A stretch of DNA of 64,000 nt from Gemmatimonadota bacterium (lineage in GTDB: Bacteria; Gemmatimonadota; Gemmatimonadetes; Gemmatimonadales; GWC2-71-9): NCBI GenBank assembly GCA_039586895.1, contig JBDHJM010000002.1, positions 4,473-68,472 of the forward strand, in the 5' to 3' direction. Both the position numbers and the translations under genes were made by a program. How positions within the stretch are numbered: the first letter of the stretch is position 1; the number at the start of each line of letters is the position of its first letter. Shown here piece by piece: positions 36,684-47,000 of the stretch. The notes under the pieces are model-generated. The model did not search any database. It saw nothing but the letters and a program-made list of their open reading frames with translations, and was not told the DNA's origin.

Positions 36684-38495
36684 ATGACCATTTCCGAGGC
36701 CGCCGTTCCGCGCCGCGCGCTAACCGTCGCCGCTCTTGCCCTCGCCGCCGCCGCCGCGACATCTCGGGCCGGCGCGCAGACCGTTCCCCGCCCCGAGCAG
36801 AGGGTGGTGGCCCGCCACGGTGCCGTCGCGGCGGCACACCCGGCCGCCGCCGCCGCCGGGGTGGCCATGCTCGAGGCCGGCGGGAACGCGATCGACGCCG
36901 CCGTTGCCACGGCCTTCGCGCTCGGAGTGGTGGAGCCGATGATGGGCGGGATCGGGGGTGGGGGCGCCATGACGCTGTGGCTCGCGCCCGGGAGGGAGGC
37001 GTGGCACTTGGAGTTCTACGCCTCCGCGCCGGGGCGGCCCGACCACGCTCTGGACGGCCTCGACGCGGCCACCGCGGTGGGCGACTCGATGACGACGCCC
37101 GAGCAGTGGTCCGCGGTGCCCGGCATGGTCGCCGGGCTGCTGGCTGCGCACGAGCGCTACGGGCGCCTGCCGCGGGAGCGTGTGATGGCACCCGCGGTCG
37201 GCCTCGCACGCGACGGCTTCCCGGTTCACCCCTTCCTCGCGCAGGTGATCGGCGAGAGCCGAAAGAAGCTGACGCATCACCCGGCCTCCGCCGCGCTGTT
37301 CTACCCGGACGGGGAAGCCCTCGGCGCGGGCGACCTCCTGGTGCAGCCGGAGCTGGGCCGTACACTGGAGCGCATCGCGCGGGAGGGGAGGGACGGCTAC
37401 TACGCCGGGCGCGTAGCCGAGGAGGCAGTGCGCGTGCTGCAGGCCGGCGGCAACCCGATCACCCTCGAGGACCTGGCCCGGTTCGAGCCGCGCTGGAGGC
37501 GGCCGCTGTGCGGCACCTATCGAGCCTACACGGTGCTCACCGCCCCTCCGCCGCTGGCGGGGGTGCAGGTGCTTGAGGGCCTCAACCTGCTGGAGCGGGT
37601 GGAGCTGGCCTCACTTGGACTGCCCACGCAGGACCCGCAGGCGCTGGGAGCGCTGGTGGATGCCATCCGCGTGGCGCGGGCCGACTACGGTGCCTGGATC
37701 GGCGATCCGCGGGACGCCGGCGTGCCGGCGGTGGGACTGGTGAGCAAGACCTATGCGCACAAGCGTGGCGAGCTGGTGGGGCTGGATCCGGTGCAGGACT
37801 CGCTGCTGCCCGGCGACCCGTGGCCCGACGAGCATCTGCGGATCGCCCCGGCCTGTCCCGCGCTGGATCACTTCCCGCCGAGTGCGCACCCGAGGCCCGT
37901 CGAAGACGCTCAGCAGGAGCCCGGTGGTGGCGACGAGGCCGAGACCACCCACCTGTCGGTGCTGGACGGCGACGGGAACGCAGTCTCTCTCACGTTTACC
38001 CTGGGCGCCTTCTTCGGCTACGGCGCCTGGGCCGCCGGCGCCTTCTTCAACGACGCCAACGAGAATTTCGGCGGGCCGTGGGCCAACCGGCGCGGCCCCT
38101 ACCGCGCGCCGCGCACAATGACCACACCTACGCTGGTGCTGGAGGGGGAGCCCGGGTCCGAGCGCGTGAAGCTCGTGGTGGGATCGCCCGGCGGGGGCCG
38201 CATCGCGCCGGCCATAATCCAGGCGATCGTGTACACGCTGGACTTCGGGCTGGATCCGTGGACCGCGGTGCACATGCCGCGCGTGTACCCGTTCTTCGAC
38301 GAGCCGGTCGTGCGCATCGAGGTGGGAGTCGCGCCCGCGGCGGTGGCCGGCCTGCGCGCCCGCGGATACGAAGTGCAGGTCTACCTGCCCTACGACCTCT
38401 ACTTCGGTGGGGTGCACCTCCTGCTGGCCGCGCCCGACGGCACGATCATCGGGGCCGCCGACCCGCGCCGGGGCGGGGCCGCCCTGGGGTACTGA
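36684..38495 (+). CDS. ggt: Gamma-glutamyltransferase
   Basis: Signal/Tat-like N-terminus. Autoprocessing site ETTHLSVLDGDGNAVSLT (catalytic Thr). GSPGG motif. Confidence 0.92.
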   Translation: MTISEAAVPRRALTVAALALAAAAATSRAGAQTVPRPEQRVVARHGAVAAAHPAAAAAGVAMLEAGGNAIDAAVATAFALGVVEPMMGGIGGGGAMTLWLAPGREAWHLEFYASAPGRPDHALDGLDAATAVGDSMTTPEQWSAVPGMVAGLLAAHERYGRLPRERVMAPAVGLARDGFPVHPFLAQVIGESRKKLTHHPASAALFYPDGEALGAGDLLVQPELGRTLERIAREGRDGYYAGRVAEEAVRVLQAGGNPITLEDLARFEPRWRRPLCGTYRAYTVLTAPPPLAGVQVLEGLNLLERVELASLGLPTQDPQALGALVDAIRVARADYGAWIGDPRDAGVPAVGLVSKTYAHKRGELVGLDPVQDSLLPGDPWPDEHLRIAPACPALDHFPPSAHPRPVEDAQQEPGGGDEAETTHLSVLDGDGNAVSLTFTLGAFFGYGAWAAGAFFNDANENFGGPWANRRGPYRAPRTMTTPTLVLEGEPGSERVKLVVGSPGGGRIAPAIIQAIVYTLDFGLDPWTAVHMPRVYPFFDEPVVRIEVGVAPAAVAGLRARGYEVQVYLPYDLYFGGVHLLLAAPDGTIIGAADPRRGGAALGY

Positions 38496-40043
38496 CTAGT
38501 CGGTGCCGCCCGGCCGCACGATCTCCGCGTAGCTCTCAGGATTCCACTGCGGCTTCTCATCGGCGTTCGCGACTTCGAGGCCGACGTAGAACATCAGCTT
38601 CACGATGCGGGCCTCTTTCTCGGCGTCGATCTTGTCGGGCTCGTCGCCGGGACGGTGGTAGTCCTGGTGCGTGCCGTTGAAGAAGAACAGGACCGGCACG
38701 CCGCGCCGCGCGAAGTTGAAGTGGTCCGAGCGCCGGTAGAAGTTCTCGTTGGGCCACTGATCGTCCACCGGCACCATGTCGAGCTCGGGATGCTCGTCCG
38801 CCACCCGGTGCAGCGTCTCGCCCAGGTCCGAGTGCTCCTTGCCGATCACCGAGATCGTGTCGGTCCAGTTGCGCCCTATCATGTCGGCGTTGAAGTTCGC
38901 GACCAGCTGCTCGACCGGCACCGGGGGATTCTCCGCGAAGTGTGCGCTGCCCCAGAGTCCCTTCTCCTCGCCGCTCACGGTCACGAAGATCATCGAGCGC
39001 CGCGGCCGCGGCTCCAGCATCGCAAAGGCCTCGGCCAGCTCCACGATGGCCACCGTCCCCGACGCGTCGTCGTCGGCGCCGTTGCAGATGGCGTCTCCGG
39101 CGACCGCGGTGCAGCCGCCGGCCTGGTCGCCGGCGGTGCCCACGTGGTCCATGTGGGCGCTGAACACGATGTACTCGTTCTTGAGTTGCGGGTCGCTGCC
39201 CTCGAGGATGCCCACCGTGTTGGGCGCCGACTGTTCGTCGATCACCCGCTCGGGCATCGAGACGGTGATCTCGAGGCCGGGCAGCTCGGCTGCCGTGACC
39301 GGCGCCGCTGCCCCCAGTGCGTCACCCAGCTCGAAGCCGTGCTGTGCCAGCACCGGCGCGGCGGTCGCTCCCTGGATCATCAGCAGCGGTGACCGTGTTG
39401 GTGCTGGCGACCCGACCTGCATCCGGGCCCGCACACCGCCCCGGAGCTGCCGCTGCCACATGCGGTCGGCCGTGCTAACGACGGCGATCACCGCCGCGGG
39501 GTCCATCTGCCACGCCGTGAAGATCATGCGCTGGAATTCCCGCAGGCCAGCCTGGCCGTCCTGCGGCGGGACCATGAACACGACCTTCCCCTCCAGGGGA
39601 AGGCTCGCGACGGCGTCGGCACCTCCCTCGGCTCCATGCACCACCACGGCGGATCCGGAGCTCCCTGCTTCAGTTGTCGCGCCGCCGCGCCGCGCGAAGT
39701 CCGACCCCAGCCGCCAGCTGGGTCCGCCCTCTACGGCGATCATCGAGTGGGCCGTGTCGACCTGCATCCACAGCAGGGGGTAGCGCTGCAGGTAACTCCC
39801 GTCGTCGCCTCCGGGTGCCAGTCCGAAGCGCTCGAACTCGTCCGCCACCCACTGGGCCGTGAGATCCAGGCCCGGGCTGGGCGTGTTGCGGCCGCCCATA
39901 GAGTCGTGGGCTATGACGCCCACCCGGTGGGCGACGTCGGCTTCGGTGATCGAGTTGACGGCACCGGCGACTGACTGCTCGGACTGCGCGGCGAGCGCGG
40001 CCGGAGCCACCAGCGCGAGCGACAGCAGGCGAAGAGCGCGCAT
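38496..40043 (-). CDS. Secreted M28-family aminopeptidase with PA domain
   Basis: Signal peptide MRALRLLSLALVAPAALAAQ. Motifs: SAHMDHVG, NGADDDASGTVAIVELA, SGEEKGLWGS, DYHRPGD. Confidence 0.88.
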   Translation of the reverse strand: MRALRLLSLALVAPAALAAQSEQSVAGAVNSITEADVAHRVGVIAHDSMGGRNTPSPGLDLTAQWVADEFERFGLAPGGDDGSYLQRYPLLWMQVDTAHSMIAVEGGPSWRLGSDFARRGGATTEAGSSGSAVVVHGAEGGADAVASLPLEGKVVFMVPPQDGQAGLREFQRMIFTAWQMDPAAVIAVVSTADRMWQRQLRGGVRARMQVGSPAPTRSPLLMIQGATAAPVLAQHGFELGDALGAAAPVTAAELPGLEITVSMPERVIDEQSAPNTVGILEGSDPQLKNEYIVFSAHMDHVGTAGDQAGGCTAVAGDAICNGADDDASGTVAIVELAEAFAMLEPRPRRSMIFVTVSGEEKGLWGSAHFAENPPVPVEQLVANFNADMIGRNWTDTISVIGKEHSDLGETLHRVADEHPELDMVPVDDQWPNENFYRRSDHFNFARRGVPVLFFFNGTHQDYHRPGDEPDKIDAEKEARIVKLMFYVGLEVANADEKPQWNPESYAEIVRPGGTD

Positions 40044-40143
40044 GACGTGTTGCTCCTGACTTCGGATTTGTTGTGGCTGGAACCTTAACTAGTAACCCCG
40101 CTGGGGCGCGAGGCGTTGCATTGGCTGGACGCGCTGGCGGTCG

Positions 40144-41103
40144 CTAGAACAGTCCGTGCACTGTGTAGCGCCGGCCAGTCCGGGGTCGCCGCGCCGGACG
40201 CGCCCGGGCGGTTCCGCGCTTGGCCTTCCCTCCCTCGTCGGCCAGCACTCTGGCCAGCGTCTCGGCCATGGCGGGGGCAGTCGCCGCCGGGCGGCTGCGG
40301 CCCGTAGCGTGTGTGCCGCGCACGGCGCTGGGGTGCGGCGCCCCGCGCCGCCCGTTCGCCTGCGGTGTCCCTCTGCGGCCGACCGCGCGCTCCGAGCCCC
40401 GCCCCGGTGCCGCGGCACGCAGGCTCGTCAGCGGTACGCCGGCAGCGGAGTATCCCGGCAGGATGTACGACGTGATCGGAGAGATCACGTAGGTGGTGGG
40501 GTCGTAGATGACCGGGGTCGGCCCGTCGTAGCTCACCAGGAACGTCCCGCACCAGTCGCGGTACGGGTTGTACACCCGCGCTGTGGGGTCCACGAGGTAA
40601 GGCACGATGTCGAACGCGAACGCGGAGTAGCCGCGCGGCATCATGTGCTCGATCAGCTCCGTGAGTGCCACGTAGGGGTCGCCGCGCATGCGCCGTCCGC
40701 CTCCCACGGCGGCCGCATTCCAGCGGCCGTTCAGCTCCCACGCGCCCCAGTCCACGCGGTCCAGCGTCACGACGGCGAACAGGTAGCCCACGCCGGGGTA
40801 GTCATCCACCACGAAGGAGCCCCGCTCGCCGATGGTGTAAGGGCGCCCGGCCCGCACGAAGTGCTCATCGCCCGGCTGCTGCGGGAACAGCACCTGGAAG
40901 CGCCCGTCGGTGTCCACGCGGAACACGGTCACGTACCCGTCGGTGACGGAGCGGAACCGCACGCTCACGACGTCGCCCCTGCGCAGCAGATCGCGGCCGC
41001 CGACCCGGAGCTCGACTGACGGCTCCGCTTCGGACTGGGGCGGCGGCGCTGTCGCCCCGGTCGGGCTCAGCGAGATGAGTGCTGCCAGGACGGTCACGAG
41101 CAT
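40144..41103 (-). CDS. Secreted DUF4384-like protein with Arg-rich C-terminal tail
   Basis: The ATG at 41103 gives a signal-like MLVTVLAALISLSPTGA. The segment GDVVSVRFRSVTDGYVTVFRVDTDGRFQVLFP resembles DUF4384. The last ~100 aa are Arg/Gly/Ala-rich low complexity. Confidence 0.45.
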   Translation of the reverse strand: MLVTVLAALISLSPTGATAPPPQSEAEPSVELRVGGRDLLRRGDVVSVRFRSVTDGYVTVFRVDTDGRFQVLFPQQPGDEHFVRAGRPYTIGERGSFVVDDYPGVGYLFAVVTLDRVDWGAWELNGRWNAAAVGGGRRMRGDPYVALTELIEHMMPRGYSAFAFDIVPYLVDPTARVYNPYRDWCGTFLVSYDGPTPVIYDPTTYVISPITSYILPGYSAAGVPLTSLRAAAPGRGSERAVGRRGTPQANGRRGAPHPSAVRGTHATGRSRPAATAPAMAETLARVLADEGGKAKRGTARARPARRPRTGRRYTVHGLF

Positions 41104-41292
41104 GGCCGGCTCCGTGGTTGGCGCCATCCAATACAGCACGGGGCGTGCCACCGGGGAGCACAGCCGTATGTCGCTATGTCACAATGCTTTACGCGGTAAC
41201 GCGGCAGTTCCGGAAGCGGGTCTCCGTCCCCCTGCGGTGACACCCGGCAGGCGGTTTGACCGCCGGCGGGCCGCCGGGTACGATGCAGTGGA

Positions 41293-42207
41293 ATGACGCC
41301 GCACGTCTCGACACGCCGTCTCGATCTGCTGAACCCGTACGAGGTCGCCCAGCTGGGCGGCATCGAGCTGGTGGCCCGGGGCGTGGTGGAGGGCTTCCTG
41401 GCGGGCCTGCACCGCTCTCCGTTCCGCGGCTTCTCGGTGGAGTTTGCCGAGCACCGGCCGTACCAGCCCGGCGACGAGCTGCGCTACCTGGACTGGCGCA
41501 TCATGGCGCGCGCCGACCGCCTGTTCGTGAAGCAGTACGAAGAGGAGACCAACCTGCGCTCCATGATCGTGCTCGACGCCAGCCGGTCGATGGACTGGTC
41601 CGGCGGGGAGCGGCGCCTCACAAAGCTGGAATACGCCAAGCGGCTGGTGGCTGCGCTCTCTCTGGTGCTGCTGCGGCAGCGCGATGCCACGGGACTCATA
41701 GGCTTCGACGAGGAGGTGCGCACGGTGGTGCGTGCCCGGGCGCGACACCGGCACTGGTGGCAGCTGCTGGCGGCGCTCTCCCAGCTGCAGGCGGGGCGCG
41801 GCACCGTGGCCGAGCCGGCGCTGCGCCGCGTGACCGACCTGCTGCGACGCCGCGGGCTCGTGGTCTTCGTGTCGGACCTGCTGCTGGAGCGCGACCTGGC
41901 CCTGCTGACTCTGCAGTACCTGCGCCACCGCGGACACCAGGTGGTGGTGTTCCACGTGATGGACCCGGCCGAGCTCTCCCTGGAGGGGCCACCCGAGGCA
42001 CGTTTCGAGGACCCCGAGACGGGTAGCGCCATGGTGGCACGCCCGCGTGAGCTGCGCGCGGTTTACGAGGAGACGGTGCGCCGCACGATCGACGAGTGGC
42101 GTGCGGCCTGCCGCAGCGGGGGGATCGATTACCATCACGTGCTCACCGATACGCCCTTCGGCTACGTGCTGCGCCGCGCGGCCGCGAGCCGCTCCCGACT
42201 CGGGTGA
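41293..42207 (+). CDS. DUF58 family protein (vWA-like, MoxR-system associated)
   Basis: Motifs: GIELVARGVVEGFLAGLHRSPFRGFSVEFAEHRPYQPGDELRYLDWR, VLDASRSM, VVFVSDL. Confidence 0.85.
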   Translation: MTPHVSTRRLDLLNPYEVAQLGGIELVARGVVEGFLAGLHRSPFRGFSVEFAEHRPYQPGDELRYLDWRIMARADRLFVKQYEEETNLRSMIVLDASRSMDWSGGERRLTKLEYAKRLVAALSLVLLRQRDATGLIGFDEEVRTVVRARARHRHWWQLLAALSQLQAGRGTVAEPALRRVTDLLRRRGLVVFVSDLLLERDLALLTLQYLRHRGHQVVVFHVMDPAELSLEGPPEARFEDPETGSAMVARPRELRAVYEETVRRTIDEWRAACRSGGIDYHHVLTDTPFGYVLRRAAASRSRLG

Positions 42208-44000
42208 TCGGCTTCCTCCAGCCCCTGGCCCTGCTCGGGCTGGCGGCGGTGGCGATCCCGCCCCTGCTGCACCTGATCGGGCGCCGCCTGCCTCCCACCG
42301 TCGTCTTTCCGGCGGTGCGCTATCTGACGGCCACCGAGCGCGAGCACAGCAGGAAGCTCAAGCTGCGCAACCTGCTGCTGCTGCTGCTGCGGATGGCGGT
42401 GATACTGCTGGTCGTGCTCGCGGCGGCCCGGCCGGTTGCCCGTGTGGGGTCGGGCGGCGGGCACGCGGCGACGGCGCTCGCGCTGGTGCTGGACAACTCG
42501 CTCTCGTCCGGCGCGGTGCTGGAAGGACAGCGCGTGCTGGACGTGCTGGTCGAGCGGGCCCGGGCGGTGCTGGCGCGCACCGGCCCCGACGACCGCATCT
42601 GGCTGGTGACGGCCGACGGCAGACCGCGCCGGATGGGCCGCTCCGACGCTATGTCCGCGCTCGACAGCCTCGCGCCGCTGCCCGTGCGGCTCGACCTGGC
42701 GGAAGCGGCCCGCACCGCAGCACGGGCGGTGAGCCGCGAGGACGTTGCTGCAGCAGAGGTGGTGGTGCTGAGCGACCTCCAAGCCACCGCGCTCTCGGCG
42801 GGCGAGCCCGCGGCGGCCCCGGTGCTGCTGCGGGAGCCGCCCGACCCGCCGCCCAACCGCAGTGTGGACTCCGCGCGGGCGGAGCCCGCGCTGTGGTCGC
42901 CGACGGGAGAGGTCGTCGTGCAGCTGGGCGGCACGTTCGCCGAGCCCGCGGCACTGCGGCTGGAGGCCCAAGGTCGCACCCTGGCCGGGGCGGTTGCCGG
43001 AACCGACGACCTGGTGATCCTGGCCGCCACCGCACCGCGCCGCGGCTGGCTCGCAGCGCGCGTGGCTCTCGACCCCGACGAGCTTCGAGCGGACGACGAG
43101 TGGTGGCTGGCCCTGCGCGCGGCTGACCCGGCCCCAGCCCGGGTGGTGGGAGAGCTGGGCCGTTTCGTGCCCGATGCGATCGCCGTGCTGCGCGACGGCG
43201 GTCGCCTCGCCGAGGGGGATGGTGTCTCCCTGGCCGATCGGGTGATGCCGGGCACGACGGTGCTGCTTCCGCCTGCCGATCCGGCTCTGGTTGGAGCCCT
43301 CAACCGCACGCTTGCCGCCCGGGGGGTTCCGTGGCGCCTGGCAGAGCGTCTGGAGGGAGAGTGGCGGCTGCCGGCCGAGCTGGGGGCGGCTGCAGGCTCG
43401 GCGGTGTACCGGCGGCACCGCCTGCTGGGCGACGGGCCGGTGGTCGCGCGCGTTGCCGGTGAGCCGTGGCTGGTGCGCTTCGGCGACGTGGTGATCGTCG
43501 CAAGCCGCATGGAGCCGGACTGGACGGAGCTGCCGGTGAGCGCAGCGTTCGTTCCGCTGCTCGACTTCCTGATCAACCGGGTAGCTGCGGGTGAGGCCTG
43601 GACCGTGCGTGCTGCGCCCGGCCAGGCGGTGCGCCTGCCGGACGCCGCGCGGGCCGTTTGGGGGCCGCACGGGACTGCTCCGGTTGGCGCCGACGGACGT
43701 GCAGCCGCGCCCCTGGAGGAAGGTGTCTTCTACTTGAGCGGCGCCGGCGGTGACACGGTAGGAGCGCTGGAGGTGAACCACGACCGGCGCGAGTCTCGCC
43801 TCACCCCCGCAACGCGGGCGGAGGTCCGCGCCACGCTGGGTGACGAGGCGCGAGTGCTCGACGACCGCGCACTCGACCGCGAGCTGTTCGGGGGAGAGCG
43901 GCGCGCCGATCTGTCGGGCATGCTGCTTGCGGCGGCGATCATCGCGGCGTTGGCCGAGCTCGGCCTCGCAACAGCCGGCGGGGGACGAAGCCGGGCGTGA
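42204..44000 (+). CDS. BatA-N (aerotolerance-regulator N-terminal) domain membrane protein
   Basis: The GTG at 42204 overlaps the DUF58 stop (GTGA). N-terminus F..PLALLGLAAVAIPPLLHLI.RR is typical of BatA_N. There is a second TM and a C-terminal TM (LLAAAIIAALAELGLA). Confidence 0.7.
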   Translation: MIGFLQPLALLGLAAVAIPPLLHLIGRRLPPTVVFPAVRYLTATEREHSRKLKLRNLLLLLLRMAVILLVVLAAARPVARVGSGGGHAATALALVLDNSLSSGAVLEGQRVLDVLVERARAVLARTGPDDRIWLVTADGRPRRMGRSDAMSALDSLAPLPVRLDLAEAARTAARAVSREDVAAAEVVVLSDLQATALSAGEPAAAPVLLREPPDPPPNRSVDSARAEPALWSPTGEVVVQLGGTFAEPAALRLEAQGRTLAGAVAGTDDLVILAATAPRRGWLAARVALDPDELRADDEWWLALRAADPAPARVVGELGRFVPDAIAVLRDGGRLAEGDGVSLADRVMPGTTVLLPPADPALVGALNRTLAARGVPWRLAERLEGEWRLPAELGAAAGSAVYRRHRLLGDGPVVARVAGEPWLVRFGDVVIVASRMEPDWTELPVSAAFVPLLDFLINRVAAGEAWTVRAAPGQAVRLPDAARAVWGPHGTAPVGADGRAAAPLEEGVFYLSGAGGDTVGALEVNHDRRESRLTPATRAEVRATLGDEARVLDDRALDRELFGGERRADLSGMLLAAAIIAALAELGLATAGGGRSRA

Positions 44001-47000
44001 AGCTCCCGCGACTGCTCGACGCCTTCGCCGGCCTGGCTCCGTGGCGCGCCCTGCGCGACGGGTTGCCGGCCCGGGGGCAGCGAGTCGGAGTTGGCGGACT
44101 GCCGGGTTCGAGCGGGTCGGTCCTGGTGGCGGCGCTGGCGCGATCCCACCCACAGCGCGTGCTCCTGGTCGTCGCGCCCAACCCGCCCGCGGCGGAGCGA
44201 TGGCTGGCGGACCTGGAAGTGCTGCTTGGCGAGGCCGTGCGGCTCTATCCCCAGCGCGAGGCTCTGGGCGAGGAGGAGCCCCACTTCGAGATCGCGGGTG
44301 AGCGGGTCGAGACCTGCGCCGCCGTCCTCGGCGGGAGGGCGCGTGTGGTGGTCACGACGCTGCCGGCGACGGCGGAGCTCACGCGCATGCCGCAGGCCGT
44401 GCGGCGGCACCGTGTGGAGTGGCGCCGGGGCGAAACCGTGGCACCAGGTGCGGTCGTCGGGAGGCTCGAGGCCATGGGCTACGAGCGGCGGCCTTCGGTG
44501 CAGGACGTGGCGCAGTTCGCGGTGCGGGGCGGGATCATCGACGTTTACGGCTACGGCATGGCGCTGCCCACCCGCCTGGAGTGGTGGGGCGACGAGCTGA
44601 GCTCCATCCGCACCTTCGACCTCGACTCGCAGCGCTCCAGCAACGAAGTCGATTCGGTGACGGTGCTTCCGGTGGCCGCCGGGGCGGTAACCCAGGTGCC
44701 GGACGAAGCAGAGACTGCTACTCGCCAGAGCCTGCTCGATCTGCTTCCCGCCGACACGCTGGTGGTGCTGGACTCCGAAGCGGACGAGGCGGAGGTGCGG
44801 CGCGTGTGGGTGGATGCAGCGCACCACATCGAGGTAGCGCGCCGCCGGGGGGAGGACGTGCCGGGGCGCGACGCGGTGTTCCAATCGCCGGGGGACTGGG
44901 CCGCCCGGTGGGCCGCCTTCGCGCGGCTGGAGCTAGAGCGCGGCACGGTGGACCACGACTTCCGCCTGCAACCTCCGCCTGCCATCGAGCGCCGCATCGG
45001 GCGCCTGGGCGAGGTGGTGCGGGCCGGCCCCACTCTCATTCTGTGTGACAATGAAGGCCAGCTCGAGCGGCTGGAAGAGCTGCTGGGGGGTGATCAGCCG
45101 GGCGTGACGGCGCTCCCACCTACGGTGACCCTGGCACTGGGTTCACTGGGCGGTGGATTCCAGATGCGCGACCTCACGGTGCTCACGGACCACGAGATCT
45201 TCCGCCGCGCGCGGCGGGTGCGCCGTGCGAGACGCTACCGCCAGGCCCTGGCCATCACGACCGCCCTCAAACCCGGCGACTTCGTGGTGCACCTGGAGCA
45301 CGGCATCGGGCTGTATCGCGGGATCGAGACCATCACCGTTGGAGAGGGTGCGACCATCGAGGTTGCCATCCTCGAATACGAGGGCGGCGACCGCCTCAAC
45401 GTGCCGCTGTACCGTCTCGACCAGCTGGAGCCTTACCGCTCGGTGGCCGACGGGGAGGACCGCGCGGTGCCCAGGTTGCACCGGCTCGGCGGCAAGCGGT
45501 GGCAGCGGCTGCGTTCCAAGACGGAAGCGGCCATCCACCAGATGGCTGCCGAGCTGCTGGAGCTGTACGCGCGGCGCTCGGTCGCGGGCGGGTACGAGTT
45601 CCCGTCCGACACGCGCTGGCAGCGCGAACTCGAGTCGGCGTTCCTCTACGAAGACACACCCGACCAGCGCACGGCCACAGAAGAGACGAAGCTCGACATG
45701 GAACGGCCGCGTCCCATGGACCGGCTCATTGTGGGCGACGTAGGCTACGGCAAGACGGAAGTCGCCGTGCGGGCCGCATTCAAGGCGGTGCAGGCCGACA
45801 AGCAGGTGGCCGTGCTCGTGCCCACTACCATTCTGGCGGAGCAGCACGGCCGCACCTTCGTGGAGCGGATGGCCGATTTCCCGGTGAACGTGGAGGTGCT
45901 GTCGCGGTTCCGCACGGCAGCCGAACAACGGCAGGTGACTGAGCGGCTGGGCTCGGGCGCCGTCGACGTCGTGGTCGGCACCCACCGGCTGCTCTCCAAG
46001 GACGTGACGTTCCACGACCTGGGGCTGCTGGTGGTGGACGAGGAGCACCGCTTCGGCGTGCGGCACAAGGAGCGGCTCAAGGCGCTGAGGCTGGAAGTGG
46101 ACGTGCTTACGCTCACCGCCACGCCGATCCCGCGCACGCTGCACCAGGCACTCGCGGGCCTGCGCGATCTCACCATGATCACCACGCCGCCGCGCGACCG
46201 GTCGCCCGTGCTGACATTCATCGAGCCGTGGGACGACGAGCTGCTGCAGGAAGCCATGTCCCGCGAGCTGGACCGCGGTGGCCAGGTGTTCTTCGTCCAC
46301 AACCGCATAGAGACCATTGCCGCCATAGCGCAGCGGGTGGAGCGGCTTCTGCCTCGCGCCCGAGTGGGGGTGGCGCACGGCAAGATGCGGGAGAGCGATC
46401 TCGACCTCGTCATGCGCCGCTTCGTCGCGGCCGAGGTGGACGTGCTCGTGTCGACGATGATCGTGGAAACCGGTCTCGACGTTCCCAACGCCAACACGAT
46501 GATCGTACACAATGCCCACCAGTTCGGACTGGCCCAGCTGTACCAGCTGCGTGGCCGGGTGGGGCGGGGACACCGGAGGGCGTACTGCTACCTGCTGGTG
46601 CCCGACGCGGTCGACGACGAGGCCGAGCAGCGGCTCAAGGTCCTGGAGCACCACACGGAGCTCGGGTCCGGCTACAGGATCGCCCTGCGCGACCTGGAGC
46701 TGCGCGGGGCGGGGAACCTGCTGGGTGCGGAGCAGTCGGGCCACGCCCACGCCGTGGGCGTGGACCTCTACCTGCGCTGGCTGGGCGACACCGTGCGCGC
46801 GCTGCAGGCAGACGGGACCCAGGAGCAGAGGCAGCCACCCGAGGTCACGCTGGATGGACCCGCCCACTTCCCCGACGTGTATGTGTCGGATGAGGATGCG
46901 AAGCTGGACCTGTACCGGCGGCTGGCGCGGGCAGAGGAACTTGGCGAGATTGCGGCGCTGCGGGAGGAACTGCGCGACCGTTTCGGGCCCTTGCCGCCCG

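Noticed and set aside
41179-42138. 319-aa minus-strand ORF
   Set aside because: Antisense to the DUF58 gene, which has diagnostic motifs. Shadow-frame composition.
42162-44153. 663-aa ORF on the minus strand
   Set aside because: Antisense to the DUF58/BatA-N genes and the mfd start. The composition is Arg/Pro/Gly/His-rich with no recognisable domain.
45143-46867. 574-aa ORF on the minus strand
   Set aside because: Antisense shadow of mfd, whose helicase motifs are unambiguous on the plus strand.
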